A DNA stretch of 64,000 nt from assembly GCA_036002305.1 (NCBI GenBank), contig DASYTL010000020.1, forward strand, positions 35,852-99,851. The letters run 5' to 3'. Each line of letters begins with the position of its first letter. Within the stretch, counting starts at the first letter, position 1. This stretch comes from Candidatus Limnocylindria bacterium. Its GTDB lineage: Bacteria > Chloroflexota > Limnocylindria > P2-11E. Made by a program: the position numbers and the translations under genes. Under the pieces are notes generated by a model, which worked only from the letters and a program-made list of their open reading frames with translations, did no database searches and was not told the DNA's origin. Below are positions 1 to 9,031 of the stretch, one piece after another.

Positions 1-303
1 CTCGTGCGCGAAGCTCGAGAGCGGGTCCTCACGGTCCTCGGCGAGCTGGTCGGCGTCGAAGTCCGCGGCCTGGCACGTGCAGGGCACCCACACCCGAATG
101 AGGCCAGGCTCATAGTCCGCGAGCACCATCCCGTCCTGCACACCGGTGCGCTCGGCCTTGCGCTGCGCGCCGCCGGGCCGTCCGCCGACGCCGTACCCGT
201 AGACGGCGAGCGTGCCGCTGAACGCGGCGCGGCGCGCCAGCCGCCGCCAGAGGCGCAGCCCGCCGGGCAACCGCTCCCTGCCGCAGAACCTCGCGATCCG
301 CAT
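1..303 (-). CDS. hypothetical protein, N-terminal part only (gene continues past left edge)
   Basis: My own minus-strand translation from the ATG (complement of 301-303) stays open to base 1: MRIARFCGRERLPGG...GVQDGMVLADYEPGLIRVWVPCTCQAADFDADQLAEDREDPLSSFAHE. It is absent from the ORF track because it has no in-window stop. It is the same-phase antisense of track ORF 4..390, so the strand choice is uncertain. No family recognised. Confidence 0.3.
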   Translation of the reverse strand, partial: MRIARFCGRERLPGGLRLWRRLARRAAFSGTLAVYGYGVGGRPGGAQRKAERTGVQDGMVLADYEPGLIRVWVPCTCQAADFDADQLAEDREDPLSSFAHE

Positions 304-400
304 CGGAAAACTCGGAAGCACGGCCCGTACCCGCGCGGGCCGACGGCCCTCCCGGCATGCCGGGTTGGCGCTCGTTCGCCAGTCTGGTGAGAATGCTCCC

Positions 401-1156
401 GTGATCCCTGTCGGCGACGAGCCCCATCCCCGCCCGGCCCTCCCCTACGTCAACCTGGCGATCATCGCGATCAATGTCCTCGTCTTCGTGCTCCTGCAGC
501 TGCCGAACGATGCATTCACGATGGCGTTCAGCACGATCCCGAAGGAGATCACCACCGGCACCGACCTGATCGGTCCCACTCCGATCACCCTGCCAAATGG
601 CACGACCGAGACGATCGTTCAGGCGGATGGGCCCGATCCGATCTGGCTGACGCTCCTCACGTCCATGTTCATGCATGGCGGCTGGCTGCACCTTGGGGGC
701 AACATGCTTTTCCTCTTCATCTTCGGAGACAACATCGAGGCGGCGTACGGCTCACTCAAGTACCTCGTCTTCTATCTCGTCTGCGGGATCATCGCGAGTC
801 TCGCGCACATTGCGACCGATCCGAGCTCGGTCATCCCGAGCCTGGGCGCGTCGGGCGCGATTAGCGGCGTACTCGCCGCCTACCTCGTGCTCTTCCCGCA
901 GAACCAGGTGCGCGTGCTCGTGATGTTCGGCTACGTCGGGCGGATCGCCACCGTGCCCGCGCTCGTGATGATCGGCCTCTGGGCACTCCTGCAGTTCATC
1001 AGCGGGATCGGCTCGATCGCGGTGAGCGAGCAGACCACCGGCGTCGCGTACTGGGCGCACATCGGCGGCTTCATCGCCGGTCTCGTCATCACGTTCCTGC
1101 TCCGGCCGTTCCTCGATCGCGGCGGCGGGCCGCGCCCGAGCTTCGCGAGTCCCTAG
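401..1156 (+). CDS. rhomboid family intramembrane serine protease
   Basis: Track ORF 212..1156. Motifs: MFMHGGWLHLGGNMLFLF (TM2 H..H..N), GASGAISGVLAAY (GxSG catalytic Ser), AHIGGFIAGL (catalytic His). An in-frame GTG at 401 lies just before the first TM (PYVNLAIIAINVLVF) and avoids overlap with the divergent upstream ORF. A start at 212 is possible. Confidence 0.85.
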   Translation: MIPVGDEPHPRPALPYVNLAIIAINVLVFVLLQLPNDAFTMAFSTIPKEITTGTDLIGPTPITLPNGTTETIVQADGPDPIWLTLLTSMFMHGGWLHLGGNMLFLFIFGDNIEAAYGSLKYLVFYLVCGIIASLAHIATDPSSVIPSLGASGAISGVLAAYLVLFPQNQVRVLVMFGYVGRIATVPALVMIGLWALLQFISGIGSIAVSEQTTGVAYWAHIGGFIAGLVITFLLRPFLDRGGGPRPSFASP

Positions 1157-2634
1157 AGGATCTTCGCGAGCCGCTCCACGTCTTCGGCGATGGCGCCCTG
1201 GCCATCAAGCCGGTAGGCGGCCCCGAGGAGCTCGCACTTCTCACGAGCGGTCTCGCGACGGCCGAGCTCGCAGTTCACCTCGATCAGCAGACGCTGCGCC
1301 TCGCGGTCCCTGAACCCGGACCCAATCAGGTCGAGCAGCACGTCGGACGCCGCCTGCATCTTGTGGAGCGCCATGAGCTTGCGCGCGGCGTCGAGCGCCG
1401 CTTCGCAGGCCCGCTGGTCCTGCGCGCCGATGAGGATGGTCGCGCGCAGATCGGCGACCGCAGCGTCCTCGAGCGCGCCCGCGCGCGGGACCAGGCGCGC
1501 GAGCTCCGGCTCCGGGTCGACAGGCATCCGCCCGATTCGCCTCGGCGGCGCGACGACGACCTCGGTGCGGGGACTTCCGTTCAGGCCGGCGCGGGCGCGC
1601 CAGTCCGACGCGCTCGCGACGTCCGTGCGCTCGGCGTGGGTCAGCGTTTCCGCGTTCTTGAGGACGACCGCCGAGCTCCCCTCGCCCCGCGTGCGTGCCT
1701 GCACCGCGGCCGCGAGCGCGGAGCGGTGCTTCGCCTCCACGGCGGCCTCGTGCGATAGCGCCGTCGCGGGGGACGGATGGATCGGCTCGGGCTCCGGCGC
1801 CGGTCGCCTGGTCTGTGGCTGCGCGGTCGGCTGGACGACCGGTCGCGACGGTGCGGGCGCGGACGGTGTGGCCGCGACGCGAACAGGCGGTGGCGGCGTC
1901 GGCATCGCCCCGCCCTGCGCCGCGGCCACGCGGTCCGCGAGCGCGAGAAGCTGCGGGAGGTCGCCCAGGGTCTCCCGGCCATAGGCCAGCTCGAGCCATG
2001 CGCGTCGTGTGTCGCGCTGCGCGAGTGCCGCGTCGATGTAGCGCGCATATTCCTGGCACGCGCTGATGAGGTCGCCCTGGTTGGCGAGCGCGGCCGCGAG
2101 GCGGCGGTGCGCCGCGAGGTCGGACGGCGCGATCTGGACCGCGACTCCGAGCAGCTCGATCGCGCTCACGCGGTCGGCCCGCTTCGCGAACGCGGCCGCG
2201 CCGTCGCGCAGCATCTTGAGGGCCTCGTCCCGATCCTCCAGCGAGACGAGGGTTCGCGCGAGGCCGGTGTAGGAGTCCACGTCGCCGTGCTTGTTCACGA
2301 GCTCGCGATACGCGCCCTCGGCCTGGCGGAGCTTTCCGCTGGCGAAGAGCTTCGCGGCGGCCTCGCTGGCGAGGCGGTGGTCGCCGGTGGTCCTGGTCTG
2401 GCCGATTCGTCCCCCGCGCTGGGCGAGCGCCTGAGCGAACTCGCCGGCCTTCTTGTTGTCCATGACCCTCGTCGCCGCGATCCGCGCGCGCTCGGCGAGG
2501 GGAAGGACGTGCGTGGTCTCGACGTTGTTCGCGTTGACGCCAAGCGCGTGCAGCTCGCGCGAGAGGAACGCCGGGGCCGCCGGCCCGAGGTATTCCTTGG
2601 CGACGCCCAGGAGCTCCAGGGCGAGCGCGTTCAC
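1153..2634 (-). CDS. TPR-like / helical-repeat protein with Pro-rich linker, function unknown
   Basis: 493-aa ORF. Repeated Ala/Leu-rich helical hairpins, a Pro-rich middle (PTPPPPVRVAATPSAPAPSRP), and a block AHRRLAAALANQGDLISACQEYARYIDAAL shared with ORF 51313..52143. The start ATG at 2634 is 1 nt after the stop of the upstream dCache-HAMP gene. Confidence 0.65.
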   Translation of the reverse strand: MNALALELLGVAKEYLGPAAPAFLSRELHALGVNANNVETTHVLPLAERARIAATRVMDNKKAGEFAQALAQRGGRIGQTRTTGDHRLASEAAAKLFASGKLRQAEGAYRELVNKHGDVDSYTGLARTLVSLEDRDEALKMLRDGAAAFAKRADRVSAIELLGVAVQIAPSDLAAHRRLAAALANQGDLISACQEYARYIDAALAQRDTRRAWLELAYGRETLGDLPQLLALADRVAAAQGGAMPTPPPPVRVAATPSAPAPSRPVVQPTAQPQTRRPAPEPEPIHPSPATALSHEAAVEAKHRSALAAAVQARTRGEGSSAVVLKNAETLTHAERTDVASASDWRARAGLNGSPRTEVVVAPPRRIGRMPVDPEPELARLVPRAGALEDAAVADLRATILIGAQDQRACEAALDAARKLMALHKMQAASDVLLDLIGSGFRDREAQRLLIEVNCELGRRETAREKCELLGAAYRLDGQGAIAEDVERLAKIL

Positions 2635-2635
2635 C

Positions 2636-3877
2636 TCAATCCTCTCCGCTCGTCGCCTCGTCAGCGAGGGCGTAGAAACGCAGCGCGTTCAGCATGCGAT
2701 CGAACGCGGAGGCGACCTCATGGGTGATGTCGTCCCCGGAGCGCGTGTCGAAATGCGCCTCGCGCAGATCGATGTCCCCGGTCGAGACCTGCGTCGCCTC
2801 ACCGACGAGCCGGCGGAGCGGCCCGACGAGGGAGCGCGTGAGGACGATGCCGATCACGAACGAGAGCAGCACGCCCATGACGAGCATGAGCATCGCGTCG
2901 AAGGTCGCATTGTCGGCCGCCTTCGTATAGGTCGCGAGCGGAACGGCGAGCACGTAGCCCCAGGGCTTGGTGACCAGGCGCGTGACAACGCCGCGTTGCT
3001 CGTCGCCGCCGGCGCCGTATGCGAACGTCGCGTCCGCTCCGGTGCCCTTCGGAAGGGCGTCGAGCGCGGTCTTGAGCGTGGGCAGCGGGTCGATCACGAG
3101 CTGCTCCGGCTTGAGCTGCCCGAAGCGCCTGTCCGCGACGAGCTTTTTCACGGTGTCCGCGTCGATAGGGGCGATCGGCTTGTAGATCAGGGACTCGGCC
3201 TTTTCGCGCTGCCCCTTGGTCTCGGATACGGCGAGGCGGATCCCGTAGTCGTCGACGAGGAATGAGTGCGCGCCCCTGCCGACCGAGCCGGCATCTCCTT
3301 CGACGATGTCCCAGATCGCCGCGAGGTTCACGCGGGTCCGGACGACGGCGACCACCACGCCGTTGGCGGCCACCGGCGCCGAGAAGAAGAGGGCCGGTTT
3401 GTTGGTGATGACGGAGTAGGACGGATCGCTGACGTACGGCGTGCCTTTCAGGGCGGTGAGGAAGTATTCGCGGAAGGCGACGCTCGTCCCCTCGTCGGTC
3501 TGGATGGACGCGGCGACGATCGTGCCCTTCGGGTCGACGACCGCCACCGACTCGTACTCAGGGGACCGCGCCGCGGCGGCGGCGAGGGCCGTGCGGGCCA
3601 CGTTCCTCGCGTTCTGGTCCGAGAGGTTGCTGGAGTAGCGGACGATGTCCGGCAGCTTGCCGACGAGGACGATGTCCCCGAGCCGGCTTTGCAGATAGGC
3701 GTCGATGGCGTTCGCGGTGGAGGTCGATCGCTGGCGGATGTTCGTCACGCCGAGGGAGGTCAGGTCGTTCCGGGTCCCGTGGATGGATACCAAACTGACG
3801 AGGGCAATCGGGGCCACGCCCACGATGAGCAGGGCGGCGAGGACCTTCTGCCAGAAGCGGATGCGAGGCCGGCGCAT
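2636..3877 (-). CDS. membrane sensor protein: TM - dCache-like extracytoplasmic domain - TM - HAMP, no output domain
   Basis: Track ORF 2636..3937. The ATG at 3877 (MRRPRIRFWQKVLAALLIVGVAPIALV) has a GGGGAG Shine-Dalgarno 5-6 nt upstream. Cache-like strings: YFLTALKGTPYVSDPSYSVITNKPALFFSAPV and KPWGYVLAVP. A second TM and a HAMP (LTRSLVGPLRRLVGEATQVSTGDIDL...EVASAFDRMLNAL) follow, and the protein ends about 15 aa later. Confidence 0.8.
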   Translation of the reverse strand: MRRPRIRFWQKVLAALLIVGVAPIALVSLVSIHGTRNDLTSLGVTNIRQRSTSTANAIDAYLQSRLGDIVLVGKLPDIVRYSSNLSDQNARNVARTALAAAAARSPEYESVAVVDPKGTIVAASIQTDEGTSVAFREYFLTALKGTPYVSDPSYSVITNKPALFFSAPVAANGVVVAVVRTRVNLAAIWDIVEGDAGSVGRGAHSFLVDDYGIRLAVSETKGQREKAESLIYKPIAPIDADTVKKLVADRRFGQLKPEQLVIDPLPTLKTALDALPKGTGADATFAYGAGGDEQRGVVTRLVTKPWGYVLAVPLATYTKAADNATFDAMLMLVMGVLLSFVIGIVLTRSLVGPLRRLVGEATQVSTGDIDLREAHFDTRSGDDITHEVASAFDRMLNALRFYALADEATSGED

Positions 3878-4073
3878 AAGGCTCCCCTGCTCCGCGCGCC
3901 CTTTCTCGTCCCTACCCACGCGCGCGGTAAGGGGCATCGTCGGCGGGTCCGGCCGTCCGGCCTAGTCACAGGCCCGGTGCGCGCTCGTACCGGAAAGGTC
4001 CTAGTACCGCGGGGCCGGGAACGCGTACAGTTTCCCCAAATAGCACGGACGTGCCCGCGCACGTGGAGGACAA

Positions 4074-4280
4074 GTGGCCAACGGAACGATCAAGAAGCTC
4101 GTCGGCGACCGGGGCTTCGGCTTCATTCAGACCGAGGACGGCTCAGACATCTTCTTCCACCGGTCGCAGGTGGAAGGCGACGCCTTCGACACTCTCCGCG
4201 AGGGACAGAGCGTGTCCTACGAGAAGGGCATGGACCCCCGCCGGGGAAAGCCGCAGGCAGAGAAGGTGACCCCGGCCTAA
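4074..4280 (+). CDS. cspA: cold-shock protein, CspA family
   Basis: 68 aa. GTIKKLVGDRGFGFIQ (RNP1-like KGFGFI) and DIFFHRSQV (RNP2-like VFVH). GGAGGA lies upstream of the start. Confidence 0.95.
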   Translation: MANGTIKKLVGDRGFGFIQTEDGSDIFFHRSQVEGDAFDTLREGQSVSYEKGMDPRRGKPQAEKVTPA

Positions 4281-4759
4281 GTCCTCGCAGGCAGGCCGCG
4301 CAGGCCGCTTCGCCGCGCGTCGCGCAGGAGACCCCGGAGAAGACGCTTTGACGTCTCGATCTGCTCGCGGTCGGCCGCCGTCAGACCCGCACGCTCCGTG
4401 TCGACGCGCCACCAGCATTCGAAGCCCCAGAGTCGCTCCTCGGCCACCCGCAGCCTCGGCACGCCTCCGCCTGGCCGCCGCGACTCGCCCGACTCGAGAT
4501 CGAAGAACCCTTCGAAGACCGCGGTGGCGCCGGTGCGGTCGGGCTCGCCTTCGCGGCAATCGAGCAAGATCACACACGGCGTCCCCGCCCGCAGCTCGTC
4601 CCGCGGACGCGACGGCGAACGATCGCGGGCGCGAACAGGCCGGCGGTCGGTGCGGTCCTCCGGCTTGCGCTGAGCTCGTACCGGGGCGGCTTCGGTTGCC
4701 CGAGGCGGTGGCTTCGGTCGGCGCGAGCGGAACCGACGGCGTCGCGGACGCTCCTGCAC
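4277..4759 (-). CDS. hypothetical protein (Arg-rich N-terminus)
   Basis: 3' part of track ORF 4277..5473, which lies outside aceE. GTG at 4759, with an alternative GTG at 4573. The C-terminal half looks coding (CVILLDCREGEPDRTGATAVFEGFFDLESGE...LWGFECWWRVDTERAGLTAADREQIE). No family recognised. Confidence 0.35.
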   Translation of the reverse strand: MQERPRRRRFRSRRPKPPPRATEAAPVRAQRKPEDRTDRRPVRARDRSPSRPRDELRAGTPCVILLDCREGEPDRTGATAVFEGFFDLESGESRRPGGGVPRLRVAEERLWGFECWWRVDTERAGLTAADREQIETSKRLLRGLLRDARRSGLRGLPART

Positions 4760-4795
4760 GTGACCGAGTCTAGCGATCGAGCGCGCCCTTAAGAT

Positions 4796-7495
4796 TTGAG
4801 TGAGATGCGCGACGTCCACGACATCTTCGACGAGTTCAAGCACCAGCTTCCCGACATCGATCCGCAGGAGACGCAAGAGTGGATCGAGTCGCTCGACGCA
4901 CTGGTGAAGCAGGCGGGCCCCGATCGCGCTCGGTTCGTGCTCTACAAGCTGCTCAAGCGGGCGCGCATGCTCCACGTCGGGCTCCCCCCGCTCACCCAGA
5001 CCCGCTACATCAACACGATCTCGCCAGAGCAGGAGCCCTACTTCCCGGGCGACGAGGCGATGGAGCTCCGCATCCGGCGGCTCATCCGCTGGAACGCGGT
5101 GGCGATGGTCGTGCGTGCGAACCACCACTTCGAAGGGATCGGCGGCCATCTCGCCACGTACGCGTCGGCCGCGAGCCTCTACGAGGTCGGCTTCAATCAC
5201 TTCTTCCGCGGCAAGGACGACGGCTCGTCCGGGGACCAGATCTTTTTCCAGGGACACGCCGCGCCGGGGATCTACGCGCGCGCGTTCGTGGAGGGAAGGC
5301 TCACGGAGTCGCAGCTCGACCACTTCCGCCGCGAGGTCGTCCCGGGCGAGGGCCTGTCGAGTTACCCGCACCCCAGGCTCATGCCGGACTTCTGGGAGTT
5401 CCCCACCGTGTCGATGGGCCTCGGCCCGATCGCCGCCATCTACCAGGCGCGCTTCAACCGGTACCTGCAGCACCGCGGGATCAAGGACACCTCGTCATCC
5501 CGCGTGTGGGCGTTCGTCGGGGACGGCGAATGCGACGAGCCGGAGGCGCTCGGCGCGCTGCACGTCGCGGCGCGCGAGGGCCTGGACAACCTCACGTTCG
5601 TGGTGAACTGCAATCTCCAGCGGCTCGACGGACCGGTGCGCGGCAACGGCAAGATCATCCAGGAGCTCGAGTCGGTGTTACGCGGCTCGGGCTGGAACGT
5701 GATCAAGGTCCTCTGGGCCCGCGAGTGGGACGATCTCCTCGCGCGCGATGCCGACGGCGTGCTCGTGAACAAGATGGCCGAGACGACGGACGGCGAATCG
5801 CAGCGCATGACCATCGCCGACGGCGCCTACATCCGCGAGCACTTCTTCGGCCCGGACACGAGGCTGCGCAAGCTGGTGGAGCATCTCTCCGACGACCAGC
5901 TGCGGGGGCTGCGCCGCGGCGGCCACGACTACCGCAAGCTCTACGCGGCGTACCACGCCGCGGTCGCCCACACCGGCGCGCCCACCGCCGTCCTCGCCCA
6001 AACCGTGAAGGGCTGGGCGCTCGGACCATCGGTCGAAGCGCGCAACATCACGCATCAGGCGAAGAAGATGAGCGTCGAGGAGCTCAAGATCTTCCGCGAC
6101 CGCCTCGAGCTCCCGATCGCCGATGACAAGCTCGCCGACGATCCGCCCTACTACCACCCCGGGCCGGACAGCCCCGAGGTGCGCTACATGCTCGAGCGCC
6201 GGCGCGCGCTGGGCGGGTTCGTCCCGAGACGGACGCTGCGCGCGAAGCCGACGCAATTGCCGGACGAGTCCGTCTTCGCCGAATTCCCGAAGGGCTCGGG
6301 CTCGGCGGCCGCCTCGACGACGATGGCGTTCACGCGCCTGCTGCGGAACCTCCTCCGCGACAAGAACATCGGCAAGCGGGTGGTGCCGATCATCCCCGAC
6401 GAGGCGCGCACGTTCGGCATGGATCCGCTCTTCAAGGAGGTCGGCATCTATTCGCCGCTCGGGCAGCGGTACGAGCCGGTCGACGCGGAGACCCTTCTCC
6501 CGTACCGGGAGGCGATCGACGGGCAGGTTCTCGAGGAAGGCATCACCGAGTCGGGCTCCATGGCGTCATTCACCGCGGCGGGAACGAGCTACGCGACCCA
6601 CGGCGAGCCGATGCTGCCCTTCTACGTCTTCTACTCGATGTTCGGCTTCCAGCGGACGATGGACCAGATCTGGGCGTTCGGCGACTCGCGCGGGCGGGGC
6701 TTCCTCATGGGCGCCACCGCCGGCCGGACGACGCTGAATGGCGAAGGGCTGCAGCACGAGGACGGCCACAGCCATCTGCTCGCGACGGCGATACCGAACA
6801 TCCGCGCGTACGACCCGGCCTTCGCTTACGAGACCGCGGTCATCGTCCGCGACGGGATCAAGCGGATGCTCGCCGACGGCGAGGACATCTTCTACTACCT
6901 CACCCTCTACAACGAGAACTACCCGCAGCCGGCGATGCCGGAAGGCATCGAGGAGGGGATCGTCCGCGGGATCTACCTCTTCCGGAAGGGCGAGGAAAGC
7001 CGGCGCCGCGTCACGCTCCTTGGCTCGGGGTCGATCATGCGGCAGGTGCTCCGCGCCCAGGAGCTCCTTCAGGAGAAGTACGACGTCGCCGCGGACGTGT
7101 ACAGCGTCACGAGCTTCCAGCAGCTCCGCAACGAGGCCCTCGCGGTCGAGCGCTGGAATCGCCTGCACCCCGAGGCCGAGCCGCGCCTGCCGCTGATCAC
7201 GTCGGTGCTCGGCGGCCACTCGCCCATCGTCGGGGCATCGGACTGGCTCAAGTCGCTTCCCGATCAGATATCGCGCTGGGTCGGAGGCCCGTTCGTGCCT
7301 CTCGGGACCGACGGGTTCGGGCGCAGCGACACGCGCGAGGCATTGCGCCGGCACTTCGAGATCGACTCCGAGAGCGTCGCCGCCGCGTCGCTGCACGCGC
7401 TGGCCCTCTGCGAGCAGTACGGGCCGGCCGAGGTCGCCAAGGCGATCGCCGAGCTCGGGATCAACCCCGAGAAGCCGGAGCCGAGGACGGCCTAG
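4796..7495 (+). CDS. aceE: pyruvate dehydrogenase E1 component, homodimeric type
   Basis: 899 aa. The N-terminus DIDPQETQEWIESLDALV, the ThDP region AFVGDGECDEPEALGAL...VNCNLQRLDGPVRGNGK, and the length are all typical of AceE. Start is TTG at 4796 or ATG at 4805. No E2/E3 genes are adjacent. Confidence 0.95.
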   Translation: MSEMRDVHDIFDEFKHQLPDIDPQETQEWIESLDALVKQAGPDRARFVLYKLLKRARMLHVGLPPLTQTRYINTISPEQEPYFPGDEAMELRIRRLIRWNAVAMVVRANHHFEGIGGHLATYASAASLYEVGFNHFFRGKDDGSSGDQIFFQGHAAPGIYARAFVEGRLTESQLDHFRREVVPGEGLSSYPHPRLMPDFWEFPTVSMGLGPIAAIYQARFNRYLQHRGIKDTSSSRVWAFVGDGECDEPEALGALHVAAREGLDNLTFVVNCNLQRLDGPVRGNGKIIQELESVLRGSGWNVIKVLWAREWDDLLARDADGVLVNKMAETTDGESQRMTIADGAYIREHFFGPDTRLRKLVEHLSDDQLRGLRRGGHDYRKLYAAYHAAVAHTGAPTAVLAQTVKGWALGPSVEARNITHQAKKMSVEELKIFRDRLELPIADDKLADDPPYYHPGPDSPEVRYMLERRRALGGFVPRRTLRAKPTQLPDESVFAEFPKGSGSAAASTTMAFTRLLRNLLRDKNIGKRVVPIIPDEARTFGMDPLFKEVGIYSPLGQRYEPVDAETLLPYREAIDGQVLEEGITESGSMASFTAAGTSYATHGEPMLPFYVFYSMFGFQRTMDQIWAFGDSRGRGFLMGATAGRTTLNGEGLQHEDGHSHLLATAIPNIRAYDPAFAYETAVIVRDGIKRMLADGEDIFYYLTLYNENYPQPAMPEGIEEGIVRGIYLFRKGEESRRRVTLLGSGSIMRQVLRAQELLQEKYDVAADVYSVTSFQQLRNEALAVERWNRLHPEAEPRLPLITSVLGGHSPIVGASDWLKSLPDQISRWVGGPFVPLGTDGFGRSDTREALRRHFEIDSESVAAASLHALALCEQYGPAEVAKAIAELGINPEKPEPRTA

Positions 7496-8169
7496 CCGCC
7501 GAGGGCGCGCACCTCGAGCGGGCGCTCGCCCGCGGCGTCGACCCGGAACGCCCGGCCGTCCGGCCGCGCGCTCACAATCTCGAACAGGCGCTCGTCGTCG
7601 TATCGTGCCGCGACCGCGTCCTCGAGCGCGACCCCGGCGGGGAACCCCGTCGCGACCTCGCGCTGATAGACCGGACGGCGGCGGACCTCGGAGTCGTAAT
7701 GCGGGCACGCGCTCCCCGCGAGCAGCCCGAGCCCGTCGCGAAGCGGGCCGAGCTCCGGACTGAAGGAGTCGGTGATCCCCGCTTCGAACCAGCAGATGCA
7801 CCCCGCCGAGGCGCCCGTGAGGACGGTCCCGTCCGCGTAGGCCTTGCGGAGCGCTTCGTCGACGCCGTGGAGCCGCCAGATGGCCAGCATGTTCGCCGTG
7901 TTCCCGCCGCCGACGATCACCACGTCCTGCGCACGAATGAGTCCGTCGATGTCGCCGATCGTCCGATGGAAGAGCGCGAGGTGCGAGGGCTCGCATGAGA
8001 GGCCGGCGAGGTGCTGATAGAAGGTCAGCAGGTACGCCGGGTCATCGCCGGAGGCGGTCGGGATGAGCAGGACCTTCGGGCGCGGTCGACCGACGAGCGA
8101 GAGGACGTAGCTCGTGAGCGCGAGATGCTGGAGCTGCTGACCGCCGCACGCGACGATGTGCCTCGGCAC
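7492..8169 (-). CDS. peptidase E / S51 family dipeptidase
   Basis: 225 aa. KVLLIPTASGD, VIVGGGNTANML, and TGASAGCICWF (nucleophile Ser context), followed by a CPHYD His region. Confidence 0.85.
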   Translation of the reverse strand: MPRHIVACGGQQLQHLALTSYVLSLVGRPRPKVLLIPTASGDDPAYLLTFYQHLAGLSCEPSHLALFHRTIGDIDGLIRAQDVVIVGGGNTANMLAIWRLHGVDEALRKAYADGTVLTGASAGCICWFEAGITDSFSPELGPLRDGLGLLAGSACPHYDSEVRRRPVYQREVATGFPAGVALEDAVAARYDDERLFEIVSARPDGRAFRVDAAGERPLEVRALGG

Positions 8170-8197
8170 GGCCGTCCACTCTGCCAGACCGAGCCGG

Positions 8198-8590
8198 CTA
8201 GGTCCTCGCGGCCGAGCGGTACACGAGGCCGTGCTCGACGTAGAACTTCGCGAGGGTGAGGGCCTCGCCCCAACCTATCGTTCCGCCGTCGCGCTCCTCG
8301 AAGCGGACCTCGACGGTCGTCGCCTTCGCCGGGTCCTTGTCCCACCACTCGAAGACGAAACGCTCGGGCCGCTTGGCCTCGAGCACGCGCCCCTCGGAGG
8401 TGACGTTCTCCCTATCGACGCCCCAGTCCTTCCAGCGGAAGACGATCCGCCCGCCGGGCCTAGCGTCGACCTCGGCGCCCTTGGTGAACCACGCGTCGAG
8501 GCCTTTCGCGGTCGCGAACACGTCGTACACCCGGTCGCGTGGCGCGTACACGAAGGTGCTCGCTCGCGCCTCCAGCTTGGGCGTGTCCAT
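8198..8590 (-). CDS. SRPBCC / AHSA1-like (activator of Hsp90 ATPase homologue 1-like) domain protein
   Basis: 130 aa. FVYAPRDRVYDVFATAKGLDAWFTKGAEVDARPGGRIVFRW...TTVEVRFEE is the typical pattern. GGAGGA lies 7 nt upstream of the ATG. It follows an ArsR-type regulator, the usual pairing. Confidence 0.8.
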   Translation of the reverse strand: MDTPKLEARASTFVYAPRDRVYDVFATAKGLDAWFTKGAEVDARPGGRIVFRWKDWGVDRENVTSEGRVLEAKRPERFVFEWWDKDPAKATTVEVRFEERDGGTIGWGEALTLAKFYVEHGLVYRSAART

Positions 8591-8906
8591 GGTCGTCCTC
8601 CTCCGCTTGCACGTATGCGCGCATCCGCTCGAGCCGCTGCTGCCACCGGTCGCTCACCGTCTCCACCCACGCAGCGACCCGGGCGAGCGGCGCGGGAACC
8701 GCCGCGAAGAGGACCTCGCGCCCGTCGCGGTCACGACGCACCAGGCCTGCGTTCTCCAGCGCCGCGAGGTGCTTCAGGACGGCCTGCCGCGTCACCGGCA
8801 GGTCGCGCGCGAGCGTCGTCGCGGTCTCCGGCCCGCCGCGGGCGAGCGTCGACAGCAGGTCGCGCCTGCGGGCATCGGAGAGCGCCGCGAAAAGGTCCGA
8901 CGACAT
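8460..8906 (-). CDS. ArsR/SmtB family transcriptional regulator
   Basis: Track ORF 8460..8912 has a TTG start; ATG at 8906 is more likely. wHTH: FAALSDARRRDLLSTLARGGPETATTLARDLPVTRQAVLKHLAALENAGLV. The reading frame runs 131 nt into the downstream SRPBCC gene before its first stop. Confidence 0.8.
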   Translation of the reverse strand: MSSDLFAALSDARRRDLLSTLARGGPETATTLARDLPVTRQAVLKHLAALENAGLVRRDRDGREVLFAAVPAPLARVAAWVETVSDRWQQRLERMRAYVQAEEDDHGHAQAGGASEHLRVRATRPGVRRVRDRERPRRVVHQGRRGRR

Positions 8907-8926
8907 GTGCAACCGTACGGTTGCAC
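8907..8926. promoter_or_regulatory. 20-bp perfect palindrome GTGCAACCGTACGGTTGCAC abutting the ArsR start codon; candidate ArsR operator
   Basis: Read directly. Its reverse complement is identical. It begins at the base next to the ATG at 8904-8906. Confidence 0.5.
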
Positions 8927-9031
8927 GTGGCGCGCCCCGCCGTCAAGCTGCCGGTCCACTCGCGATCCGCCCGTCCGAGACAAGGCGTGGCCCCGGCACG
9001 GGCCGGGGCCACGCGTGGACGTCGCGCTGGG

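Noticed and set aside
4760-5473. 5' portion of minus-strand ORF 4277..5473
   Set aside because: It overlaps aceE on the opposite strand. Only the part downstream of 4759, outside aceE, was kept, as a low-confidence hypothetical.
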